Assembly (NCBI GenBank): GCA_964016885.1
Contig: OZ024740.1
Coordinates: 224,130,001 to 224,194,000, forward strand
Length of the DNA: 64,000 nt
Source of the DNA: Eledone cirrhosa
Taxonomy: Eukaryota
Reading direction: 5' to 3'
The notes under the pieces were generated by a model. The model had not been told where the DNA came from and did not search any database. It saw nothing but the letters and a program-made list of their open reading frames with translations. Below are positions 51,552-64,000 of the stretch, piece after piece (the stretch's first letter is position 1; each line of letters starts with the position of its first letter). The position numbers were made by a program, and so were the translations under genes.

Positions 51552-53895
51552 TAAGCAAAATAATTAATGAAAGAGTTACAAGCCGCTAAAAGATATCTTT
51601 ATATAGCTCTTACACAGGAAGATATTAAAGGCAAAGTTTTTAATTACACAACCTAATGGGGTAAAATAATAGTTTTACATCGCCATGCATATTAAATTTA
51701 AATGTTAAAGGTATAAACACGGTGAAAGAGCTAATGCCACTAGCTATGGCCTGCACCATAACCATATAGTTGGCGGCATAGGTGTTTTATCATACCTACA
51801 CCATCATAGTTCGGCTAATTGTAGTAACAGCAACCTACTCGAATTATTCCCCGCATACAGTCTTATTAAAGGTGACGGTTTATTACCAACACCCTCGAAC
51901 TGGCATAGGGTAACCCAGAACCGCCGTACACATACACATAATGCTAACAGAGCACACATTAGCCAGCAGCCCTATTGTCTTGATAAGGTGGCCCACCACG
52001 GCAATAACCCCGCAATAACCCTAGGACAACGCGTAAACGCCGGCGTAATGTCCTATGTTTCCAATGTGGCCTCCAATTTACCCAGAATCTTTTTCGACGC
52101 CTTAGAGAGGAACGTCCCACCTAACCACAGATATCGAAAAATCCTCAAGAAGAATAACGTCAAGATTTCTTATTCTACTACACCTAATCTAGCTGACCTC
52201 ATAGCAATAAGCAAGCACAGTAAGGTCACTAGAATACATGCTTGTAATGAGAATGTTAGGGAATCTGACAACTCGGCCAAACTTAACAATTCTGTCGCCC
52301 TGCACGAACACGATATTAATAACCGGGACATGCATCTTGGTATTAGCAGTAGCATACACAATAACACCACCTAAGAAACTAATTGCAGTGCCAGTAGTGT
52401 GACCGACAACTGGGTTAGAAACCATAGCAGCTATTACAACGGCTGTAGAAGAGGCTATAACACGAGAAATAGAAATAGCACTATTTCACTTGATTATAAC
52501 TATAATAACGCCAACCACAAATGTGGCAGCTATGGTGATGGTGATAATAATAGTAATAGGATTAACACCAGCCCTCACCACCTTAGAGGTGACAAAAAAC
52601 ATCGCAACTATCGTAACCCTGTCAACTGTCCTCTCCGAGGCTACTGCTTGTCTAGAAACGTTATCTATAGATGCACAGTTACTAGTTTTAATAGTGTTAA
52701 TTCTTACACAGGAACTACTTCAGGGGCGTTCAAGACTAGATTTCGAGCGCATCTCCACTCTTTAGGAATAGGAAACTTAGATACTCTACTTCCCTCGCTA
52801 ATTATATTACCTAATTAACTGATTCTAATATTAGCTACACCACTCAATGAGAAATTGTGAACCAAGTAACACCATATAATTTCAAAAAAAGCTGCCAACT
52901 CTGCCTAATGGAACTGCATTATATAGTGCAAGCACACCAGGAACTCATAAATAGTCGGTCAGCGACTACAACAATCATTCTACAGATGGACTCCAGCAAC
53001 TAAATAAACACTATAATACCTGAGGCTCTCAACAGCGCACCCCTGCCTGACTTACTGGTGGTATATTTACCATTAAACAACATGGAATAACACCATTATC
53101 CACCCACTGTTTTTCCCACTAGGTTGCTGCACGGCGTATATTCAGTCGAGCCTACCTCGTTATATTCTTCCTCCTGGCCAGACCGGGTTTTGTGTAATCT
53201 TACGAACCTGCTGTCTAAACCCGAATAACTTCTTAGACAAATGATCATATGAACAATAAACTTCAATCCAAATTGACATTATTTTTCTAGGCCATCAAAT
53301 TCGCACCCAACGTGCCCCCTTGCATTAGGCATACCTGTATGTAGTCTTTAAGGACTTTACCAATAGTCCTATCATAGTCACACCTTAACACGGCTTCTTT
53401 TATACTGAGTTGACCAACCCTGCATATGTTAATTCCTTTTAAATAATAAAAAAAACTCTTTCCATAGCTTGTACTGGTCATAGGTTAGACAGTAAACTTT
53501 ATACTTGCACCGTAATTACCTCCCTTAGCAAACCCTTCACCGTGTTTATACCTTGAACATTTAAATTTAATATGCATGGCGATGTAAAACTATTATTTTA
53601 CCTTATTAGGGTCTGTAATTAAAAACTTTGCCTTTAATATCTGCCTCCGACGAGCCCCACTGAGCGAAACATGTGTAAGAGGTTTATAAAAATATGTTTT
53701 AACGGCTTGAACCTCTTTCATTAATTATTTTGCTTATTACAGCTCTGCTTAACCTTTACACTAAATATGAACTTTCCCCCCAATATTTATCCCTGATAAC
53801 ACAAGCATTGAGCACTTACGCATCCGCTTTTGGCATGTAATGTTCTGTATCACACCTCTTTATACCTCTTCTTTCTATCCTCTTTTATGATACTG

Positions 53896-53900
<5 letters not shown>
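51552..53900 (+). mobile_element. PLE family J with inverted pLTR + tail
   Basis: KISYSTTPNL, CPLRGYCL..VIY..YTGTT..FKTRF; arms 51552-51730 / 53535-53735. Confidence 0.88.
53644..53682 (+). ncRNA. Minimal type I HHR (core CCGACGA)
   Basis: CCT-CCGACGA-GCcC cact GaGC-GAAA-CATGTG-TA-AGAGG. Confidence 0.65.
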
Positions 53901-53946
<46 letters not shown>

Positions 53947-53977
53947 TAAATGGAAGCTTTCTTTATAAAACCATATT

Positions 53978-54038
53978 TATTTTATTATATATATTTCAAG
54001 GTTACCAACATTTTGGTACGCTCTCATCGGATAAAATA
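53978..54038 (-). ncRNA. Type I HHR (core CCGATGA)
   Basis: TATTTTAT-CCGATGA-..-GAAA-TATATA-TA-ATAAAATA. Confidence 0.7.
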
Positions 54039-56343
54039 CAAAAGTTGATTTACAGATATTGACATATTCAGGCAAGAACTTAATGTTGTGATTCCTATTT
54101 GAATAGTGAAGAAAAACTTCAAATCACAAGATGAATATGCTAAGGAGGATAACGTTAAAACTGAAAAAGATCGTTATGTTTAGACGCTAGGTAAATTTAA
54201 ATATTTATTAGGATTAGTTTTCTTTTATAAGAAAAGGAAATAGAGGTTATTATTAGGGTGGAAGAAATTTTAAGCAAATATTTTAAGAAAAAATTTATAT
54301 TAAAGTTATTAACTGAATATTTATAGGAATGTACGTATATAATTGTCCGGGACATATTTGTGAGGGTGTAGAGAGAATTAAATAATTATATTTATTTTTA
54401 TTTATTTTATTATTTAATTATATATTTTGGAAGTATTTATAATATAATGTGTGAATTATAAATAAATGTGTTAAAGTGAGAGAATATTAATTTAAAATGT
54501 GAGATATATATATAGTATTTATATATACGATTGTGTCTATTCTATTGGTGTATTTTAATATTAAGAAGATTGCAGTTATAAGTATATTTTATTATATTAT
54601 AAGTGGTTAGTTGTATATACATAAATAGTTTTGGTGAGTATATATATGTTATTTATTTAATATATAAATAATTTAGATAGCTTTATATAAGGAGAGTTAT
54701 GATATGTTTACGTTTTCAATATATGGCTTAAGAATATGGAAGTAATTCTATTTTAGTATAGAAGATATATATTATTTTGTATATTCTATAGTTGCATTAA
54801 GATAGAAATAAATTTACGAAATTTTAAGAATTATGTAAAGTTTAAAAGTTTCGTAGCTATTAGATGTAAACATGTTTCTTTTCGTTGGAATATTTATTCT
54901 TAACGTATTACATAGAAAAATCCCGGATATGACCGGAGGTTTATATAGCAACGATATGTTACTTATAGTTGATAAACATAGCAATAGTAAACTTAGTAGG
55001 AAAATGAAAATTATCATAGAATTTTTTAATAATTATAACCTTAAATTAGAAATTGAAAATGACGATAAAATTGTTAATTTTTTTAGATGTTACTTTAAAC
55101 ATTAACTCAGGCCTATATTACCCTTTTCATAAGATTAATGAAAACCTGAACTACGTAAGCTTCCATTCTCATCACCCTAGAAATCTAAAAAACATTATAG
55201 TCAATAGTGTCCAGCAAAGAATATTTCAGCTAATAAAAATATATTTGCTAATAAAGCAGAATATTACAATGATGCTTTACACAGAGCTGTTTACATATAT
55301 ACAATTAAATACAAAGATAACAATAGTATACAAAGCCTCCTAAAATTTACTATAATATTAATAATAAGCAAATTAACCTAAATAGTAAATAAAACAAAAG
55401 AAGCTAGAACTAGAAATATTATTTGTTAATCTCCTCCAGTCTCCTTAGGAATTAAGACAACTTTATCAAACATATCGTTTCAAGGCGGTAGATAATTGTT
55501 TTCCTAAATCTCATAGATACCAATCTATTTTTAACAGGCATACAATCAAACTCTCTTACTCTACTACTATGAATATAGCACAATATATTAATATAATTAA
55601 TAATAGGAACTTAAAATTAAACCCAGCCCAAATAAACCCTAATGGCAATAATAATATTACTAGTAACAGTACTTATAATAATCATACCGTTCCTATAGAC
55701 AACAACTCTAGAAAATGTAAATGCAGAAACAAATTATGTTGCCCTTTCCAGAATAATTGTCTAGATAAAAACTTAGTATACAAATGCACCATAAAATCTA
55801 GAGATAAATTATTTAACTATATAGGAGTCACTTCTACAAAATTTAAGGAACTCTGGAATAATCATAAACACACATTTAATAGATCGGTCAAAAAATTCTC
55901 AACATCACTTTCACATTTAATTTGGTCCGTAAAATACAATAATATTCACTATTCGATGTTTCGGAGAACGATTTCGAAAGCGTCCGCATACCAGAATATG
56001 GCTTCCTCAAGAATTTGTTATCTAAGTATTGAAGACATTTTTCATATATTACCAATCAAAAGAATGCTATAAACAAAAAGTAAAAATTATTTAATTCTTG
56101 TTTGCATCGACGGTCCAAGACTTTTAAAAGTATCTATAATCTATAGACAATATTATATATAGCCTTTATATCTTGCACAGTTACATTTTATAAGTCTACG
56201 TTGTTTTTTGTGATGATTTTAATGATATCTTTGAAGGTATTTTTGATGTTTGTTGAACTTTTTCCTAATAGGCTTTATAGGTCTTTTAAATCCATACATA
56301 CAAATACGTAATATCATGAAATGTATACAAAGGTATAAGTAAT

Positions 56344-56515
56344 TGTTTCTACTTTAGACACAAGGCCAGCAATTACCCAGTGCATTACAGGTACTTTATA
56401 TTATCGACCCCGTAAGGATGAAAGACAAAGTCAACTTCGGCGGGATTTGAACTCAGATCGTAAAGGGACGTAACTATGCTGGAAAGCATGGCGTCCGACC
56501 CTCTACCGATATGCC
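56344..56515 (-). mobile_element. Nin-core SINE with 14-bp TSD, nested in the PLE
   Basis: TSD AAGGTATAAGTAAT at 56330-56343 and 56516-56529. Confidence 0.9.
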
Positions 56516-57718
56516 AAGGTATAAGTAATGTTATCAAAATATATACATAAACTTTTTATCTTAGAACATATGTAATATATGATACTCTAAAATCATATAT
56601 AAAATATTGTTTCCATATGCTACAATTAGAATATAATCTGAAAGTAAATTTGAGACTAAGCGATAAATATTACGATAACTTAACTCTGAAAACTAGTAAA
56701 ATTTAGAGTTATCTTTTCCTTTGAAAAGAAAAATGTTTACATCTAATATCTACGTAACATTTAAACTTTACATAAATCTTGAAATTTCGTAAATTTCAAG
56801 ATTTATGTAAAGTTTAAATGTTACGTAGATATTAGATGTAAACATTTCCATATTGATGCAACTATATAATATACAAAATAATATACATCTTCTATACTAA
56901 AATAGAATTACTTCCATATTATTAAGCCATATATTGTAATGTAACATATGTAACATATCTTCGCCCAACATATCATAATTCTTCTTATATAAGCTATCTA
57001 AATTATTTATATATTAAATAAATAACATATATATACTCACCAAAACTATTTATGTATATACAACTAAAGCCTTATAATATAATAAAATATACTTATAACT
57101 TCAATCTTCATAATATAGAATAGACACAATCGTATATAGACACCAATAGAATAGACCCAATCGTATATATAAATACAATATGTCTCTCACATTTTAAATT
57201 ATCATTCTCTCACTTTAACTCATTTATTTATAATTCACACATTATATTATAAATACTTCCAAAATATATAATTAAATAATAAAATAAATAAAAATAAATA
57301 TAATTATTTCATTCTCTCTACATCCTCACAAATATGTCCCGGACAATTATATACGTACATTCCTATAAATATTCTGTTAATAACTTTAATATATTTTTTT
57401 TAAAAACCTTTCCTTAAATTTTATTCCACCCTAATAATACCCTCTATTTCCTTTTCTTATAAAAATAAATATAATCCTAATAAATATTTAAATTTACCTA
57501 GCATCTAAACATAACGATCTTTTTCAGTTTTAACGTTATCCTCATTAGCATATTCATCTTGTGATTGAAATATATATAATAAAATAAATAAGGTTTTATA
57601 AAGATAGGTTCCATTTATTAATATTATTGATATTATACTCCATAAGAAAACTGTTGAGTGCTTCTAATCTGTTATAAACTAAATTTGTTGAATAATCAAC
57701 AAATTAAATAACGCATTG

Positions 57719-57767
<49 letters not shown>

Positions 57768-57859
57768 GTCAACACGAATGGACCTATTATTTTTATCTAA
57801 AGACATTTTGTCTAATTCCATCCCGCACGTCCCCTTAATCTAGTTTATTTCTCATTCTC

Positions 57860-57895
57860 TCTTCTAATGAAGGACTAGCGTCCCAAACGTTAAGA
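57860..57895 (+). ncRNA. Degenerate minimal HHR in a ~200-bp insert between (TA)n tracts
   Basis: TCTT-CTAATGA-aGGAC tagc GTCC-CAAA-CG-TT-AAGA (two core mutations). Confidence 0.5.
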
Positions 57896-58017
57896 CCCTC
57901 TTCCTGCCATATCAAGCGTTAACATAATATATACCTTCCATATACTGTACTGATTTTTTTGTTATTACTGTTCACCTTTTACATACATATATATATATAT
58001 GTATGTGTATATATATG

Positions 58018-58133
<116 letters not shown>

Positions 58134-58164
58134 TATATATATATACACACACATATATATATAT

Positions 58165-58212
<48 letters not shown>

Positions 58213-61200
58213 TTTGGCTATTTAGAGGTTGGCAAGATTGATATATATACGTGTGATGTTTCTATTTACTGAATTTCACTTATAAGATATTGGTCAACAT
58301 AAAGCTATACACAAATTGTCATGTAGGGAGACAATAAGCAAACTCCTTATCCACACAGCCATAGCTGAAAATATATAACTATAATAGGAAATAATTTTTC
58401 CTAAAGATAGATTTAGGTATAACTCTCTCATATTTTCTAGCACTTATAGCTGTGTAGTATCAATACTAATTCTATTGACCCTCATAGAACTTCTCATTTC
58501 TGTTGAGATACTGTCTTGCAATTGTATTTCATTTCTAAATATAAAGATATAACATATGACCAACAAATATATTGGTTTTCCTATAATCATAGATATATTG
58601 CAGAGATATTGTGATAATATACAAAATTATATTTCAATAATTATTCTTATCTAATTAGTATAAATGATAAATGATAAGTCATTATTAAAGCCATTGATGA
58701 TTAAATTTATTTCCAGAATCTCATTGCTATAGGTCTTTGGACAACAATCAAAGAATATTATTAGGTTTGAATTGAAAAATTAGAAAATATAAAGATAAAT
58801 GAAATCTAGATACATTGGTTTCTTATATAAAGCCCAATATCCCAGATTTCAAATGTAAAGGAATTTAGATATATTAAATCTATGTGAATATTTTTGATTA
58901 GATTTTATGTGGCAAATGTTTAATAAAAAGCTATGGCATACAGCACATTTATAGTGGAATTCTGATTAAATGTAGTTTGTATGCTTAAATGAAAGTATAA
59001 CATTTTCTAACAACTGAAGGAAACTGATAATAATTTGCTTCAGGCAGCTCCTGCAATACTAACAATTTTTAGCAAATCATTCACTTAAAATTTGTTTAAA
59101 GAGAACACCTTTATTCACTAATAAGATTTGTATTTTGTTTATTCTCATCCTTTATACATTTTACAATTTAGTTAAAGCATTTTGACTCCTTGATTAAAAG
59201 AGAAAATGGTTCAACTAGAAGATTTAGGTCTGATTTTTTAAATACCTTTAAGGTGTAAAACAGCATATGGATACATTTAGTGTGGTCCATTAGATAAATC
59301 AGTGGAGTCAAGTACCAAGGGATGTGGATTAAATTATAGCAGTAAACACATAATTCTGTTCTGATTCCATTAGTGGTGAAAGGATAGCTGCTACAAATAG
59401 AAATTTGATTCAGTTTCTAGATCAGTAGTCTTGTGTTGTCATCATTAACAAAGATGTCTCCAAGGATATAACAAACATGTATTGTCTAGTGCAGGACATT
59501 TTATAAACAGAAAACATTAGAAAAGCAACTGAAAAGGAAACATTATCCTTAAGAAAGCTGTTTTAATTACTCATAGATCAGTAAACAATGCTAAAGGCTA
59601 GTGGAGTACACATTATCGATAGTCAGAATTAATGATTTGAAATAATAAGTCCAACACTCGCACAATGTTACATCAATCTGCAAAAATTAGTGACTCAAGC
59701 TAAAAGAATGAAAAGTACAAATAAAATGTCCCTTTGAGGAATGGAAATAGTAGCAATGGGACAAACCTGCTCTTTCGTCATTTTATTTTATTTCTTTAAC
59801 ATGGCTTCTTTCTGCCTCTTTACAAATTGTCACGTTTTTGACAACAATCTATATTTTGTAGAAGAATGTTCTAGTTTGATATAACATTAGTTTCAGTGAA
59901 GCATAATACACGTGAGGATAAGATACAAGATCACTGTTTACATTGATGTCAACTTAAATCAGGCCTCTGTTGTTCTTCTTGTTGGTAGTGGTGGTGGGAG
60001 CAGGGGTATTATTGGTGTTGTTTCTGTTGTCTGTTGTATTGGTGTTGTTAGTGTCATCATCTTTGACTTTGTTGTCGTTATTGTTGCTATTGCTAAGCAG
60101 TAAATTGACACAGTCTAACCCTTGCTAACAGGGAAAATAGCCATTAAATGATGATGATTAAAATGGCAGTTACAATGCCTTCTGTTATTTGTTTCATTTG
60201 TCTGAGTTCTGAGTTCAAATACAACTGAAGTAAACTTACCTTTTTATTCTATAACTTACCTTTATTGATCTATAAATATCAGTCCAGGCTGGAGGATTGC
60301 TGTAATTGTAAGTTTCTGGTGAGAATTATTTTCATTTTGAGTTTGGTGCTTTGTGTTCTGAATTAAAACTCAGCTTTAATCATCCAGCCATGAGAGCATC
60401 CCATGGTGGTAGTGATGCTGGTGGCAGCAGCAATATAGAGTAGTACCAGGTTATTTCTGCTCAAGTAGATACATTACAGCCACAAATATTCCATTTTATT
60501 TGTAGATGTATATAAATTTAGGACTACATTACCCAATGTATTCTTTTCTTTTGTTATGGTAGGTATTTCTTGTGATAGATATAGTCAAATATATTTGACT
60601 GATATTTCTAGCAAGTAAAGGGATCATGTAAAATCATTATCAGCTTATATCTGTGTTCTTCTGTCAAGATATAGTGAAGGACACATGGCTTACTCGATCC
60701 TAAGGTGATGCGTTTAATTTCTTGTTTAATCCACTTAGCTATATAAAATGAGTTGTACCTGTAATTCAAGAGCCAGCTTTTTCACTTACTGTCTCAGTAA
60801 ATTCCCCCGTTATTATGTTATGGGTACATGTATCTATGGAATGCTTTGCTACTGTTATGTTCATTCCATGAGTAGGCTATTTCATTCATTGAATCGATTG
60901 GAACAGATTGTCGGAAGCAATGGAAGCCTGAAAGACACACACATATGCACACGCATTCACATACAAGTATGATATACTGCTCTGCTTGTTTTAGATCCAA
61001 TACTGATTCACCATTAAAAAGTTAGTAGAAGGAAGAACATTTTGCCATAAAACCACTCACCACTGCAGTAGCTAATTCTCAAATATATCAAACTGTCAGA
61101 CATGGTTATTTTTCATGTCTGCAAAGCTTGCAGATGTGTGCTACAAGAAATGTTTGAGGTAGTCTCTGTTTCTTTACTTTTTATTTCAAATTTACTAGTG

Positions 61201-61395
61201 GACATGGCTGTGTGGTGAAATTTGCTTATGCAACTACAGAGTTCCTGGTTCAATCATATTATGTGACTGACATTTACTATAGATTTAGGCTGGCCAATAA
61301 TTTGTAAGTGTAATTTGGTGAAGCTAATGTGTGAAGAACACTGTACATACACAACCACATATATTGCAAGGAAATCGGATGTTAAATGATAATGC

Positions 61396-61433
<38 letters not shown>

Positions 61434-61812
61434 GATATATATAGTCTCTCTGCTTTTTACGCAAACTTGAAGTACATTCGCTTTAACACCTCTTGAAAAA
61501 GTATTATTAAATATTCAATTTGAATGGTGGATAACGCATTGTAGTGCATGTGGATTTTAATTTTTACTTTATGGGAAGATTAGACTTGAATTATGTGAAC
61601 TAGCTTCACACACGACGTTCACGGGTGCATCTTCATGTAAAAATTGAACAGACTGTATATATACATACATATACATATACATATACATATATATATTTAC
61701 ACACACATATATATATATGTACATATAGATATATATATTTACACACACACACATATATATATATATGTACATATATATATATTATATACATATATACATA
61801 TATATATATATA

Positions 61813-64000
61813 CAATGATATTAAATAAATGGAAACTATATTTATAAAACCATATTTATTCTATTATATATATTTCGAGGGTAACGAAATCTTTGGTACG
61901 CTTTCATCAGATAAAATCCAAAGTGTGTTTTATAAATTTTAACATAGCCAAGGAAACATACCTTATCAGTTGAATTTTCCTTGGATAGTGAATTTAAAGA
62001 ACTGATTTTTCAGAATTGTTACGATGAGTATGCAAATTAATATGTAAATGAGTTTGAGTTATATGATTGAAAAACCGTTATTTTAAATGCTATGGAAAGT
62101 TTAGATATATTAGTAGGAGAGAAAGAAAGAAAAAGAAGGAAAAAAAAGAGAAAAAAAAGGAAAAAGAAAAAGAAGAAGCCCACTTATATACGTTAATTTA
62201 GGGGAGAAAAAATTTGAATATTTACTTATATTATGTATATATTTATATGGAGAATTATGTTTGTAAGTATTTATCTTATTACAATATTGTAGGGGGTTAA
62301 ATATATATATATCTATTATATTTTTTAATAATAGCATATGTATTATTATAAAAGAGATAATTTGCAATTATTAGTTGCTTATAACATGACTTACGAGAGT
62401 GTTGATTTTGTGTTTTATGTAGATAAATAAATAGGTGGTTCAAGTTTTAGGTGGTTGTTTATAATATGAGTTACGAGGGAGTTGATTTTGTATTTTATGT
62501 AAATAAATAGGTAGTTAAAATTATGAATTTATATATTTGAATATCTTGTTCGGCTTTGAGAATTTTTTAAATAATAATGTAATAAGTTTATATGATTGAG
62601 AAGGAAAGATAATTCCAATTTTGTTTGTTTATCGATACATTTTTTTTAAGAGTTAGTGTGAGATTAATTAATTATTTAGTCGAAAGAAATGGGAATGTTT
62701 AAAAATCGTCTTGAATAGGATACATTTTTCTAATGTCAGTTAATTGTTATAAATCTACGTTTAAAAATAGCTTTAGAGGGTGCCATTTTAAAAATAAAAT
62801 GTAAGAATTAAAGAATTAAAAAACTAAAATTAAAATTATATAGATATACATAAATATATATAATTATCTATACACATACATATATATAAATAAATATATA
62901 TATATATATATATATTAAAAGAAATGTTTGCTGAAAGTTGAAAGTACTACAAATATTAGAGATATTACCATTTAGAAATATTAATATATTAAAATATAAA
63001 AAATTTAAATTGTTAAAGAAGATAGGATCTTTTTGAAGATTTATAGGAATATTATAAATTACACATAGTTCTGAATGTAAAATTTTGGCGATTTCTGCAA
63101 GAATTAAATAATTCTGTCCTGAGATTAATAGAGTTTTGACAGTTAATTATATAAAATATTTCTTCAATACACAATTTACAGAATTTTGATAAAGCCATAT
63201 TTCGGTACGCAGGTGGTTTGGAAATCGTTTTCTAAGATATTTAATAGTCTATATTCTTGCTTTTTAAGTTCCATATAAGATATGAAAGAGAAGTAGAAGA
63301 TTTTTTATCTGATCTTCTGAAAGAATGATTATGGTTATTCCAGCGAACTTTAAATTGTGTAGAAGTGGCACCGACATAGTTAAATATATTATCTCTAGTT
63401 TCAACTGTGCATTTATAGACTACCTTTTTATCTAAGCACTTATTTTGTAAAGGGCAGTTTGATTTGATTCTACAGTTACATTTTACGGAGTTGTTGCTGC
63501 TCGGAACGGTACTATTATACTGGATATTGCTAGAAATATGATTATTGCTATTATGGTTATTTTGGTTAGGATTTAAATTTAAGTTTATATTATTAATTCT
63601 ATTTATATGTTGCGCTATATTCATAGTAGTAGAGTAGGATAGTTTTATAGTATGTCTGTTAAAGATTCAGTGGTATTTGTGGGCTTTAGGAAAACATCTG
63701 TCTAGTGCTTTAAAGAATAGCTTTGTTAAAGGTGTTTTAACGCTTAATGAGAATGATGAGGGGGGTGTAGCAAATAATATTTCTAGTTCTAGTTCTTTTG
63801 TTTGGTATATAGTTTAAGTTAAATTGTTTATTATTATTATAATTAATACTAGGGTGATTTGCCATGTTATTGTTGTCAATGTATTTAATTGTATTCGAAT
63901 ACCCTGCTCTATTTAAAGCTTCATTATAATATTCAGCCTTATCATCAAATATATTATTAGCAGAGATGCGTGGAATTAGTGTTCTTAATGAATCTAGGAT
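61813..64000 (-). mobile_element. PLE family D copy running off the window; HHR at 61857-61917
   Basis: EN ORF 63241-63624; UTR collinear with 32.7-34.35k; CTGATGA..GAAA-TATATA-TA. Confidence 0.9.

Larger units (their letters stand above)
53941..57720 (+). mobile_element. PLE family E (related to D) with ~900-bp inverted pLTR + tail
   Basis: GLYSND (from GLYRDD), FLDVTL, SHHP, EN 55569-56145; arms 53941-54883 / 56723-57625. Confidence 0.9.

Overview
AT-rich, microsatellite-laden, non-genic animal DNA. The repeat families suggest a coleoid cephalopod such as Octopus (inference). I could not support any host exon, and most ORFs in the track are microsatellite artefacts. The first ~25 kb is old decayed tRNA-SINEs and RTE-LINE tails plus one Helitron. 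From ~25 kb on is a nested cluster of elements sitting in (TA)n tracts: 5'-truncated Penelope-like elements (PLEs, C-terminal GIY-YIG) of several families, tiny non-coding fold-back derivatives, a CsRn1-type Gypsy, RTE LINEs and a Helitron. Main observation: nearly every PLE terminus carries a type I hammerhead ribozyme (HHR) fold, often with a palindromic stem III and a variant core. About 40-60 nt downstream of it sits a second bulged hairpin, RCTC-stem-loop-stem'-TY-GAGY, which covaries across otherwise dissimilar families. All folds and identities were read by eye and are unverified.
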